A stretch of DNA of 64,000 nucleotides from Euprymna scolopes (lineage: Eukaryota), in NCBI GenBank assembly GCA_053919585.1, contig CM132815.1. One strand, given 5' to 3'. Positions 1-14,300 of the stretch are shown here, piece after piece. A program made the translations under genes and the position numbers. Below the pieces are notes generated by a model. It did no database searches. It had not been told where the DNA came from and saw only the letters and a program-made list of their open reading frames with translations. The stretch's first letter is position 1. The number at the start of each line of letters is the position of its first letter.

Positions 1-386
1 GCCATGTCGAGCTTTCAGAAATAGTGTTTTTAGCAGAATGCTTCCTATTTTTTTAAATTTCTTCCGAATGGATCAGATGGGATTGCAGACTGCATTGGTA
101 CGATAAGTGAATTTATGTATCTATAACCTGAAAGTTACATCTATCTGTTGCAGTTGTTGACGGTGTGAGACTCTAAGAAAAAAAAACTCTGCCATCAACG
201 TGCATCAGAAGCAGATACTTCATTAAATTCCAGACAAAAGTACATTAAAAATGGCGGTGACTATGTAGAAAAATTAAATCTTGAGCACAAAAGTGCCCCA
301 TTTTAATGGTATTAAACTAATCTTTGTAGCTCTTCAACGTTTGAGTTAAAAAAATAGGAGGCTTTACTTTTGGAACGACATTCGTA
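1..386 (+). mobile_element. Degenerate mariner-type DNA transposon, 3' remnant (left boundary uncertain)
   Basis: 241-273 translates YIKNGGDYVEK, a typical mariner transposase C-terminus. 359-386 (aggctttacttttggaacgacattcg-ta) resembles a mariner right TIR followed by TA. Confidence 0.6.
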
Positions 387-622
387 ATCTGTAGATATAA
401 CGTAAACAAGTTCTTATGAAGCCGTCCTCTTAAATAATCTAAATTTTACCCAATCTACATTATTAACGATAGCAAACTTACATTCATTAACCCTTATCCT
501 TGAGTGGCCTTCGGGTCTTGATAAGTGGTTATGCCCTTGTAAAAAGTATGTTTTTATCATTTATTGTAGTTTATTTATAATTATATAAAAATCAAAGATA
601 TCTATGAATATATACACAAGTT

Positions 623-698
623 AATATATACATATATATATATGTATATATACATATATATATGTGTGTGTGTGTGTATATATATACACATATATATA
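623..698. repeat. (TA)n/(TG)n microsatellite
   Basis: Dinucleotide runs seen directly. Confidence 0.9.
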
Positions 699-1012
699 AA
701 AAATCATTGAGAATTTTATATCTATATCATTAATTGCTAGATGAAAGATAATGTTTTTAAATTGCAACAAAATGTACACTACATAAAATAAATCCAAGGT
801 AATTTTTTGATTCAATTTAAATTAAATTTTTATACCTTACTTTATAAAATTTATAAAAGTGCACTTTGAACATAAATAAATTTCAAATTAAATCTTGTAC
901 CTTCATTTTTAAAGCCTATAGTAAAAACATTTTGTTTAAGACTTTTCATGCCTTAGATTTAATGATTTTCTAACTTGTATCTTATCTTTTTAAGATTATA
1001 TTTTAAAACTCT

Positions 1013-1257
1013 CCTCTCTCTGTTTCGGTTTGTACTTTTCCTCACGCCACAACTCGTTTTTACAATCCCCTCTTTGTATTATTACAGGTCTGAATATTCT
1101 CTATGTTTAAGTTTGTATTTCTCCTCACACCACAACTCATTTTTTGCAACCCTCCTCTTTGTATTATTACAGGTCTGAATATTCTCTCTGTTTCAGTTTG
1201 TATTTCTCCTCACACCACAACTTATCTTTGCAAGTCCCTCTTTGTAATACAGGTCTG
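1013..1257. repeat. ~85-bp minisatellite, ~3 diverged copies
   Basis: The motif ctcac(a/g)ccacaact...cctctttgta...acaggtctg recurs three times. Confidence 0.85.
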
Positions 1258-1532
1258 CATAATGAGAAAATCTGATTTTTTTCAACAAAAACTTTAAAAT
1301 AACTATTTTAGATTAATTTTTTTAACTTCTTTCAGAATAGAAAATTTAATAAGGAACATATTTCATATAGGTTTCATTAACAAATATTAAGTACATAACG
1401 AGAAAAATAGAGATGAAAATTTCAAAAGGACTGTATAACTGGTTACGGTCAATAGTAGTCCTCGCCAGCGAAAGTCTTTGTTATTGTTATTCTATTATTA
1501 GTAGTATTATTTAAAACATTTTGTGCCCTGCT

Positions 1533-1868
1533 NNNNNNNNNNNNNNNNNNNNNNNNNNNNNNNNNNNNNNNNNNNNNNNNNNNNNNNNNNNNNNNNNNNN
1601 NNNNNNNNNNNNNNNNNNNNNNNNNNNNNNNNNNNNNNNNNNNNNNNNNNNNNNNNNNNNNNNNNNNNNNNNNNNNNNNNNNNNNNNNNNNNNNNNNNNN
1701 NNNNNNNNNNNNNNNNNNNNNNNNNNNNNNNNNNNNNNNNNNNNNNNNNNNNNNNNNNNNNNNNNNNNNNNNNNNNNNNNNNNNNNNNNNNNNNNNNNNN
1801 NNNNNNNNNNNNNNNNNNNNNNNNNNNNNNNNNNNNNNNNNNNNNNNNNNNNNNNNNNNNNNNNNNNN
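1533..1868. other. Assembly gap
   Basis: Run of N. Confidence 1.
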
Positions 1869-2396
1869 AAGAGAAAGAGAGTAAAAGATAGAGAGGGAAA
1901 TAACACAGCACAATTAAAGCGGATACGTCTAATACATAATATTTTACTATTTTTGATAATAAATAAAAAATACACATTATCTGATATTACGTTTTGTCTG
2001 TTCAGCGAAGCGCGCGAAACTGAATGCTGTCTAAAAAAAAAAATGAAGAACGCGCAATATTGCTGCCTGGAACCAATTTATTCACACCCAAATACATTCT
2101 CTCTATCTCTCACACCTTTCTCCTCATAGTTCAAATTAAAACTCATTTTTCTTCTTGCTAATATAATAATATGTTCGCTTAGAATATTCGTCTAAATTAG
2201 CAACAATAACACTCGAGTGCTTTCTACTTTTATTTATTTATTCATTTATATTTTTTTTTTTGAAAAATGAACGGTTTACTAAACTGATTCGAGGTAATTT
2301 TTGTTGAATTAAAAATATAATTTTGTCGGAAGGGGGAGGTCGGTTTCATTTTTATTCGAACAAAATATTCGAATCTTTTGTCGAGGATTTGCGAAA

Positions 2397-5300
2397 GAAA
2401 ATTTCTCTATGTGTGTATAATATGGAGTTAAATGGTAATTGGAGTAATCCTGAAAATTTCTCTATGTGTGTATAATATGGAGTTAAATGGTAATTGGAGT
2501 AATCCTGAGAATTTCTCTATGTGTGTATAATATGGAGTTAAATGGTAATTGGAGTAATCCTGAAAATTTCTCTATGTGTGTATAATATGGAGTTAAATGG
2601 TAATTGGAGCAATCCTGAAAATTTCTCTATGTGTGTATAATATGGAGTTAAATGGTAATTGGAGCAATCCTGAAAATTTCTCTATGTGTGTATAATATGG
2701 AGTTAAATGGTAATTGGAGCAATCCTAAAAATTTCTCTATGTGTGTATAATATGGAGTTAAATGGTAATTGGAGCAATCCTGAAAATTTCTCTATGTGTG
2801 TATAATATGGAGTTAAATGGTAATTGGAGCAATCCTGAAAATTTCTCTATGTGTGTATAATATGGAGTTAAATGGTAATTGGAGCAATCCTGAAAATTTC
2901 TCTATGTGTGTATAATATGGAGTTAAATGGTAATTGGAGTAATCCTGCAAATTTCTCTATGTGTGTATAATATGGAGTTAAATGGTAATTGGAGCAATCC
3001 TGAAAATTTCTCTATGTGTGTATAATATGGAGTTAAATGGTAATTGGAGTAATCCTGAAAATTTCTCTATGTGTGTATAATATGGAGTTAAATGGTAATT
3101 GGAGTAATCCTGAATATTTCTCTATGTGTGTATAATATGGAGTTAAATGGTAATTGGAGTAATCCTGAAAAATCTCTATGTGTGTATAATATGGAGTTAA
3201 ATGGTAATTGGAGTAATCCTGAAAATTTCTCTATGTGTGTATAATATGGAGTTAAATGGTAATTGGAGTAATCCTGAAAATTTCTCTATGTGTGTATAAT
3301 ATGGAGTTAAATGGTAATTGGAGTAATCCTGCAAATTTCTCTATGTGTGTATAATATGGAGTTAAATGGTAATTGGAGTAATCCTGAAAATTTCTCTATG
3401 TGTGTATAATATGGAGTTAAATGGTAATTGGAGTAATCCTGAAAATTTCTCTATGTGTGTATAATATGGAGTTAAATGGTAATTGGAGTAATCCTGAAAA
3501 TTTCTCTATGTGTGTATAATATGGAGTTAAATGGTAATTGGAGTAATCCTGAAAATTTCTCTATGTGTGTATAATATGGAGTTAAATGGTAATTGGAGTA
3601 ATCCTGAAAATTTCTCTATGTGTGTATAATATGGAGTTAAATGGTAATTGGAGCAATCCTGAAACTTTCTCTATGTGTGTATAATATGGAGTTAAATGGT
3701 AATTGGAGTAATCCTGAAAATTTCTCTATGTGTGTATAATATGGAGTTAAATGGTAATTGGAGTAATCCTGAAAATTTCTCTATGTGTGTATAATATGGA
3801 GTTAAATGGTAATTGGAGTAATCCTGAAAATTTCTCTATGTGTGTATAATATGGAGTTAAATGGTAATAGGAGCAATCCTGAAAATTTCTCTATGTGTGT
3901 ATAATATGGAGTTAAATGGTAATTGGAGCAATCCTGAAAATTTCTCTATGTGTGTATAATATGGAGTTAAATGGTAATTGGAGACATCCTTAAAATTTCT
4001 CTATGTGTGTATAATATGGAGTTAAATGGTAATTGGAGCAATCCTGAAAATTTCTCTATGTGTGTATAATATGGAGTTAAATGGTAATTGGAGTAATCCT
4101 GAAAATTTCTCTATGTGTGTATAATATGGAGTTAAATGGTAATTGGAGTAATCCTGAAAATTTCTCTATGTGTGTATAATATGGAGTTAAATGGTAATTG
4201 GAGTAATCCTGAAAATTTCTCTATGTGTGTATAATATGGAGTTAAATGGTAATTGGAGTAATCCTGAATATTTCTCTATGTGTGTATAATATGGAGTTAA
4301 ATGGTAATTGGAGTAATCCTGAAAAATCTCTATGTGTGTATAATATGGAGTTAAATGGTAATTGGAGTAATCCTGAAAATTTCTCTATGTGTGTATAATA
4401 TGGAGTTAAATGGTAATTGGAGTAATCCTGAAAATTTCTCTATGTGTGTATAATATGGAGTTAAATGGTATTTGGAGTAATCCTGAAAATTTCTCTATGT
4501 GTGTATAATATGGAGTTAAATGGTAATAGGAGCAATCCTGAAAATTTCTCTATGTGTGTATAATATGGAGTTAAATGGTAATTGGAGCAATCCTGAAAAT
4601 TTCTCTATGTGTGTATAATATGGAGTTAAATCGTAATTGGAGCAATCCTGAAAATTTCTCTATGTGTGTATAATATGGAGTTAAATGGTAATTGGAGAAA
4701 TCTTGAAAATTTCTCTATGTGTGTATAATATGGAGTTAAATGGTAATTGGAGTAATCCTGAAAATTTCTCTATGTGTGTATAATATGGAGTATAAATGGT
4801 AATTGGAGTAATCCTGAAAATTTCTCTATGTGTGTATAATATGGAGTTAAATGGTAATTGGAGTAATCCTGAAAATTTCTCTATGTGTGTATAATATGGA
4901 GTTAAATGGTAATTGGAGTAATCCTGAATATTTCTCTATGTGTGTATAATATGGAGTTAAATGGCAATTGGAGTAATCCTGAATATTTCTCTATGTGTGT
5001 ATAATATGGAGTTAAATGGTAATTGGAGTAATCCTGAAAATTTCTCTATGTGTGTATAATATGGAGTTAAATGGTAATTGGAGTAATCCTGAAAATTTCT
5101 CTATGTGTGTATAATATGGAGTTAAATGGTAATTGGAGTAATCCTGAAAATTTCTCTATGTGTGTATAATATGGAGTTAAATGGTAATTGGAGTAATCCT
5201 GAAAATTTCTCTATGTGTGTATAATATGGAGTTAATGGTAATTGGAGTAATCCTGAAAATTTCTCTATGTGTGTATAATATGGAGTTAAATGGTAATTGG

Positions 5301-8300
5301 AGTAATCCTGAAAATTTCTCTATGTGTATATAATATGGAGTAAAATGGTAATTGGAGTAATCCTGAAAATTTCTCTATGTGTGTATAATATGGAGTTAAA
5401 TGGTAATTGGAGTAATAGTGAAAATTTCTCTATGTGTGTATAATATGGAGTTAAATGGTAATTGGAGTAATCCTGAAAATTTCTCTATGTGTGTACAATA
5501 TGGAGTTAAATGGTAATTGGAGTAATCCTGAAAATTTCTCTATGTGTGTATAATATTGAGTTAAATGGTAATTGGAGTAATCCTGAAAATTTCTCTATGT
5601 GTGTATAATATGGAGTTAATTGGTAATTGGAGCAATCCTGAAAATTTCTCTATGTGTGTATAATATGGAGTTAAATGGTAATTGGAGTAATCCTGAAAAT
5701 TTCTCTATGTGTGTATAATATGGAGTTAAATGGTAATTGGAGCAATCCTGAAAATTTCTCTATGTGTGTATAATATGGAGTTAAATGGTAATTGGAGCAA
5801 TCCTGAAAATTTCTCTATGTGTGTATAATATGGAGTTAAATGGTAATTTGAGTAATCCTGAAAATTTCTCTATGTGTGTATAATATGGAGTTAAATGGTA
5901 ATTGGAGCAATCCTGAAAATTTCTCTATGTGTGTATAATATGGAGTTAAATGGTAATTGGAGCAATCCTGAAAATTTCTCTATGTGTGTATAATATGGAG
6001 TTAAATGGTAATTGGAGTAATCCTTAAAATTTCTCTATGTGTGTATAATATGGAGTTAAATGGTCATTGGAGTAATCCTGAAAATTTCTCTATGTGTGTA
6101 TAATATGGAGTTAAATGGTAATTGGAGCAATCCTGAAAATTTCTCTATGTGTGTAAAATATGGAGTTAAATGGTAATTGGAGTAATCCTGAAAATTTCTC
6201 TATGTGTGTATAATATGGAGTTAAATGGTAATTGGAGTAATCCTGGAAATTTCTCTATGTGTGTATAATATGGAGTTAAATGGTAATTGGAATAATCCTG
6301 AAAATTTCTCTATGTGTGTATAATATGGAGTTAAATGGTAATTGGAATAATCCTGAAAATTTCTATATGTGTGTATAATATGGAGTTTAATGGTAATTGG
6401 AGTAATCCTGAAAATTTCTCTATGTGTGTATAATATGGAGTTAAATGGTAATTGGAGTAATCCTGAAAATAGCACTATGTGTGTATAATATGGAGTTAAA
6501 TGGTAATTGGAGTAATCCTGAAAATTTCTCTATGTGTGTATAATATGGAGTTAAATAGTAATTGGAGTAATCCTGAAAATTTCTCTATGTGTGTATAATA
6601 TGGAGTTAAATGGTAATTGGAGTCATCCTGAAAATTTCTCTATGTGTGTATAATATGGAGTTAAATGGTAATTTGAGTAATCCTGAAAATTTCTCTATGT
6701 GTGTATAATATGGAGTTAAATGGTAATTGGAGTAATCCTGAAAATAGCTCTATGTGTGTATAATATGGAGTTAAATGGTAATTGGAGTAATCCTGAAAAT
6801 TTCTCTATGTGTGTATAATATGGAGTTAAATGGTAATTGGAGTAATCCTGAAAATTTCTCTATGTGTGTATAATATGGAGTTAAATGGTAATTGGAGTAA
6901 TCCTGAAAATTTCTCTATGTGTGTATAATATGGAGTTTAATGGTAATTTGAGTAATCCTGAAAATTTCTCTATGTGTGTATAATATGGAGTTAAATGGTA
7001 ATTGGAGTAATCCTGAAAATTTCTCTATGTGTGTATAATATGGAGTTAAATGGTAATTGGAGTAATCCTGAAAATTTCTCTATGTGTGTATAATATGGAG
7101 TAAAATGGTAATTGGAGTAATCCTGAAAATTTCTCTATGTGTGTATAATATGGAGTTAAATGGTAATTGGAGCAATCCTGAAAATTTCTCTATGTGTGTA
7201 TAATATGGAGTTAAATGGTAATTGGAGTAATCCTGAAAATTTCTCTATGTGTGTATAATATGGAGTTAAATGGTAATTGGAGTAATCCTGAAAATTTCTC
7301 TATGTGTGTATAATATGGAGTTAAATGGTAATTGGAGTAATCCTGAAAATTTCTCTATGTGTGTATAATATGGAGTTAAATGGTAATTGGAGCAATCCTG
7401 AAAATTTCTCTATGTGTGTATAATATGGAGTTAAATGGTAATTGGAGTAATCCTGAAAATTTCTCTATGTGTGTATAATATGGAGTTAAATGGTAATTTG
7501 AGTAATCCTGAAAATTTCTCTATGTGTGTATAATATTGAGTAAAATGGTAATTGGAGTAATCCTGAAAATTTCTCTATGTGTGTATAATATGGAGTTAAA
7601 TGGTAATTGGAGTAATCCTGAAAATGTCTCTATGTGTGTATAATATGGAGTTAAATGGTAATTGGAGTAATCCTGAAAATTTCTCTATGTGTGTACAATA
7701 TGGAGTTAAATGGTAATTGGAGTAATCCTGAAAATTTCTCTATGTGTGTATAATATTGAGTTAAATGGTAATTGGAGTAATCCTGAAAATTTCTCTATGT
7801 GTGTATAATATGGAGTTAAATGGTAATTGGAGCAATCCTGAAAATTTCTCTATGTGTGTATAATATGGAGTTAAATGGTAATTGGAGTAATCCTGAAAAT
7901 TTCTCTATGTGTGTATAATATGGAGTTAAATGGTAATTGGAGCAATCCTGAAAATTTCTCTATGTGTGTATAATATGGAGTTAAATGGTAATTGGAGCAA
8001 TCCTGAAAATTTCTCTATGTGTGTATAATATGGAGTTAAATGGTAATTTGAGTAATCCTGAAAATTTCTCTATGTGTGTATAATATGGAGTTAAATGGTA
8101 ATTGGAGCAATCCTGAAAATTTCTCTATGTGTGTATAATATGGTGTTAAATGGTAATTGGAGCAATCCTGAAAATTTCTCTATGTGTGTATAATATGGAG
8201 TTAAATGGTAATTGGAGTAATCCTGAAAATTTCTCTATGTGTGTATAATATTGAGTTAAATGGTAATTGGAGTAATCCTGAAAATTTCTCTATGTGTGTA

Positions 8301-11300
8301 TAATATGGAGTTAAATGGTAATTGGAATAATCCTGAAAATTTCTCTATGTGTGTATAATATGGAGTTAAATGGTAATTGGAGTAATCCTGAAAATTTCTC
8401 TATGTGTGTATAATATGGAGTTAAATGGTAATTGGAGTAATCCTGAAAATAGCTCTATGTGTGTATAATATGGAGTTAAATGGTAATTGGAGCAATCCTG
8501 AAAATTTCTCCATGTGTGTATAATATGGAGTTAAATGGTAATTGGAGTAATCCTGAAAATTTCTCTATGTGTGTATAATATGGAGTTAAATGGTAATTGG
8601 AGTAATCCTGAAAATTTCTCTATGTGTGTATAATATGGAGTTAAATGGTAATTGGAGTAATCCTGAAAATTTCTCTATGTGTGTATAATATGGAGTTAAA
8701 TGGTAATTGGAGCAATCCTGAAAATTTCTCTATGTGTGTATAATATGGAGTTAAATGGTAATTGGAGTAATCCTGAAAATTTCTCTATGTGTGTATAATA
8801 TGGAGTTAAATGGTAATTGGAGTAATCCTGAAAATTTCTCTATGTGTGTATAATATGGAGTTAAATGGTAATTTGAGTAATCCTGAAAATTTCTCTATGT
8901 GTGTATAATATGGAGTTAAATGGTAATTGGAGTAATCCTGAAAATGTCTCTATGTGTGTATAATATGGAGTTAAATGGTAATTGGAGTAATCCTGAAAAT
9001 TTCTCTATGTGTGTATAATAAGGAGTTAAATGGTAATTGGAGTAATCCTGAAAATTTCTCTATATGTGTATAATATGGAGTTAAATGGTAATTGGAGTAA
9101 TCCTGAAAATTTCTCTATGTGTGTATAATATGGAGTAAAATGGTAATTGGAGTAATCCTTAAAATTTCTCTATGTGTGTATAATATGGAGTTAAATGGTA
9201 ATTGGAGCAATCCTGAAAATTTCTCCATGTGTGTATAATATGGAGTTAAATGGTAATTGGAGTAATCCTGAAAATTTCTCTATGTGTGTATAATATGGAG
9301 TTAAATGGTAATTGGAGTAATCCTGAAAATTTCTCTATGTGTGTATAATATGGAGTTAAATGGTAATTGGAGTAATCCTGAAAATTTCTCTATGTGTGTA
9401 TAATATGGAGTTAAATGGTAATTGGAGCAATCCTGAAAATTTCTCTATGTGTGTATAATATTGAGTTAAATGGTAATTGGAGTAATCCTGAAAATTTCTC
9501 TATGTGTGTATAATATGGAGTTAAATGGTAATTGGAGTAATCCTGAAAATTTCTCTATGTGTGTATAATATGGAGTTAAATGGTAATTGGAGTAATCCTG
9601 AAAATTTCTCTATGTGTGTATAATATGGAGTTAAATGGTAATTGGAGTAATCCTGAAAATGTCTCTATGTGTGTATAATATGGAGTTAAATGGTAATTGG
9701 AGTAATCCTGAAAATTTCTCTATGTGTGTATAATATGGAGTTAAATGGTAATTGGAGTAATCCTGAAAATTTCTCTATGTGTGTATAATATGGAGTTAAA
9801 TGGTAATTTAAGTAATCCTGAAAATTTCTCTATGTGTGTATAATATGGAGTTAAATGGTAATTGGAGTAATCCTGAAAATTTCTCTATGTGTGTATAATA
9901 TGGAGTTAAATGGTAATTGGAGTAATCCTGAAAATTTCTCTATGTGTGTATAATATGGAGTTAAATGGTAATCGGAGTAATCCTGAAAATTTCTCTATGT
10001 GTGTATAATATGGAGTTAAATGGTAATTTGAGTAATCCTGAAAATTTCTCTATGTGTGTATAATATGGAGTTAAATGGTAATTGGAGTAATCCTGAAAAT
10101 TTCTCTATGTGTGTATAATATGGAGTTAAATGGTAATTGGAGTAATCCTGAAAATTTCTCTATGTGTGTATAATATGGAGTAAAATGGTAATTGGAGTAA
10201 TCCTGAAAATTTCTCTATGTGTGTATAATATGGAGTTAAATGGTAATTGGAGCAATCCTGAAAATGTCTCTATGTGTGTATAATATGGAGTTAAATGGTA
10301 ATTGGAGTAATCCTGAAAATTTCTCTATGTGTGTATAATATGGAGTTAAATGGTAATTGGAGTAATCCTGAAAATTTCTCTATGTGTGTATAATATGGAG
10401 TTAAATGGTAATTGGAGTAATCCTGAAAATTTCTCTATGTGTGTATAATATGGAGTTAAATGGTAATTGGAGTAATCCTGAAAATTTCTCTATGTGTGTA
10501 TAATATGGAGTTAAATGGTAATTGGAATAATCCTGAAAATTTCTCTATGTGTGTATAATATGGAGTTAAATGGTAATTGGAATAATCCTGAAAATTTCTC
10601 TATGTGTGTATAATATGGAGTTAAATGGTAATTGGAGTAATCCTGAAAATTTCTCTATGTGTGTATAATATGGAGTTAAATGGTAATTGGAGTAATCCTG
10701 AAAATAGCTCTATGTGTGTATAATATGGAGTTAAATGGTAATTGGAGTAATCCTGAAAATTTCTCTATGTGTGTATAATATGGAGTTAAATGGTAATTGG
10801 AGTAATCCTGAAAATTTCTCTATGTGTGTATAATATGGAGTTAAATGGTAATTGGAGTCATCCTGAAAATTTCTCTATGTGTGTATAATATGGAGTTAAA
10901 TGGTAATTTGAGTAATCCTGAAAATTTCTCTATGTGTGTATAATATGGAGTTAAATGGTAATTGGAGTAATCCTGAAAATAGCTCTATGTGTGTATAATA
11001 TGGAGTTAAATGGTAATTGGAGTAATCCTGAAAATTTCTCTATGTGTGTATAATATGGAGTTAAATGGTAATTGGAGTAATCCTGAAAATTTCTCTATGT
11101 GTGTATAATATGGAGTTAAATGGTAATTGGAGTAATCCTGAAAATTTCTCTATGTGTGTATAATATGGAGTTTAATGGTAATTTGAGTAATCCTGAAAAT
11201 TTCTCTATGTGTGTATAATATGGAGTTAAATGGTAATTGGAGTAATCCTGAAAATTTCTCTATGTGTGTATAATATGGAGTTAAATGGTAATTGGAGTAA

Positions 11301-14300
11301 TCCTGAAAATTTCTCTATGTGTGTATAATATGGAGTTAAATGGTAATTGGAGTAATCCTGAAAATTTCTCTATGTGTGTATAATATGGAGTTAAATGGTA
11401 ATTGGAGCAATCCTGAAAATTTCTCTATGTGTGTATAATATGGAGTTAAATGGTAATTGGAGTAATCCTGAAAATTTCTCTATGTGTGTATAATATTGAG
11501 TTAAATGGTAATTGGAGTAATCCTGAAAATTTCTCTATGTGTGTATAATATGGAGTTAAATGGTAATTGGAGTAATCCTGAAAATTTCTCTATGTGTGTA
11601 TAATATGGAGTTAAATGGTAATTGGAGCAATCCTGAAAATTTCTCTATGTGTGTATAATATGGAGTTAAATGGTAATTGGAGTAATCCTGAAAATTTCTC
11701 TATGTGTGTATAATATGGAGTTAAATGGTAATTTGAGTAATCCTGAAAATTTCTCTATGTGTGTATAATATGGAGTAAAATGGTAATTGGAGTAATCCTG
11801 AAAATTTCTCTATGTGTGTATAATATGGAGTTAAATGGTAATTGGAGTAATCCTGAAAATGTCTCTATGTGTGTATAATATGGAGTTAAATGGTAATTGG
11901 AGTAATCCTGAAAATTTCTCTATGTGTGTACAATATGGAGTTAAATGGTAATTGGAGTAATCCTGAAAATTTCTCTATGTGTGTATAATATTGAGTTAAA
12001 TGGTAATTGGAGTAATCCTGAAAATTTCTCTATGTGTGTATAATATGGAGTTAAATGGTAATTGGAGCAATCCTGAAAATTTCTCTATGTGTGTATAATA
12101 TGGAGTTAAATGGTAATTGGAGTAATCCTGAAAATTTCTCTATGTGTGTATAATATGGAGTTAAATGGTAATTGGAGCAATCCTGAAAATTTCTCTATGT
12201 GTGTATAATATGGAGTTAAATGGTAATTGGAGCAATCCTGAAAATTTCTCTATGTGTGTATAATATGGAGTTAAATGGTAATTTGAGTAATCCTGAAAAT
12301 TTCTCTATGTGTGTATAATATGGAGTTAAATGGTAATTGGAGTAATCCTGAAAATTTCTCTATGTGTGTATAATATGGAGTTAAATGGTAATTGGAGCAA
12401 TCCTGAAAATTTCTCTATGTGTGTATAATATGGAGTTAAATGGTAATTGGAGTAATCCTGAAAATTTCTCTATGTGTGCATAATATTGAGTTAAATGGTA
12501 ATTGGAGTAATCCTGAAAATTTCTCTATGTGTGTATAATATGGAGTTAAATGGTAATTGGAGCAATCCTGAAAATTTCTCCATGTGTGTATAATATGGAG
12601 TTAAATGGTAATTGGAGTAATCCTGAAAATTTCTCTATGTGTGTATAATATGGAGTTAAATGGTAATTGGAGTAATCCTGAAAATTTCTCTATGTGTGTA
12701 TAATATGGAGTTAAATGGTAATTGGAGTCATCCTGAAAATTTCTCTATGTGTGTATAATATGGAGTTAAATGGTAATTTGAGTAATCCTGAAAATTTCTC
12801 TATGTGTGTATAATATGGAGTTAAATGGTAATTGGAGTAATCCTGAAAATAGCTCTATGTGTGTATAATATGGAGTTAAATTGTAATTGGAGTAATCCTG
12901 AAAATTTCTCTATGTGTGTATAATATGGAGTTAAATGGTAATTGGAGTAATCCTGAAAATTTCTCTATGTGTGTATAATATGGAGTTAAATGGTAATTGG
13001 AGTAATCCTGACAATTTCTCTATGTGTGTATAATATGGAGTTAAATGGTAATTGGAGTAATCCTGAAAATTTCTCTATGTGTGTATAATATGGAGTTGAA
13101 TGGTAATTGGAGTAATCCTGAAAATTTCTCTATGTGTGTATAATATGGAGTTAAATGGTAATTGGAGCAATCCTGAAAATTTCTCTATGTGTGTATAATA
13201 TGGAGTTAAATGGTAATTGGAGTAATCCTGAAAATTTCTCTATGTGTGTATAATATGGAGTTAAATGGTAATTTGAGTAATCCTGAAAATTTCTCTATGT
13301 GTGTATAATATTGAGTAAAATGGTAATTGGAGTAATCCTGAAAATTTCTCTATGTGTGTATAATATGAAGTTAAATGGTAATTGGAGTAATGCTGAAAAT
13401 GTCTCTATGTGTGTATAATATGGAGTTAAATGGTAATTGGAGTAATCCTGAAAATTTCTCTATGTGTGTACAATATGGAGTTAAATGGTAATTGGAGTAA
13501 TCCTGAAAATTTCTCTATGTGTGTATAATATGGAGTTAAATGGTAATTGGAGTAATCCTGAAAATTTCTCTATGTGTGTATAATATGGAGTTAAATGGTA
13601 ATTGGAGCAATCCTGAAAATTTCTCTATGTGTGTATAATATGGAGTTAAATGGTAATTGGAGTAATCCTGAAAATTGCTCTATGTGTGTATAATATGGAG
13701 TTAAATGGTAATTGGAGCAATCCTGAAAATTTCTCTATGTGTGTATAATATGGAGTTAAATGGTAATTGGAGCAATCCTGAAAATTTCTCTATGTGTGTA
13801 TAATATGGAGTTAAATGGTAATTTGAGTAATCCTGAAAATTTCTCTATGTGTGTATAATATGGAGTTAAATGGTAATTGGAGCAATCCTGAAAATTTCTC
13901 TATGTGTGTATAATATGGAGTTAAATGGTAATTGGAGCAATCCTGAAAATTTCTCTATGTGTGTATAATATGGAGTTAAATGGTAATTGGAGTAATCCTG
14001 AAAATTTCTCTATGTGTGTATAATATTGAGTTAAATGGTAATTGGAGTAATCCTGAAAATTTCTCTATGTGTGTATAATATGGAGTTAAATGGTAATTGG
14101 AATAATCCTGAAAATTTCTCTATGTGTGTATAATATGGAGTTAAATGGTAATTGGAGTAATCCTGAAAATTTCTCTATGTGTGTATAATATGGAGTTAAA
14201 TGGTAATTGGAGTAATCCTGAAAATTTCTCTATGTGTGTATAATATGGAGTTAAATGGTAATTGGAGTAATCCTGAAAATTTCTCTATGTGTGTATAATA

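Noticed and set aside
1449-2129. ORFs spanning N runs (also 38860-39315)
   Set aside because: Artefacts of assembly gaps.
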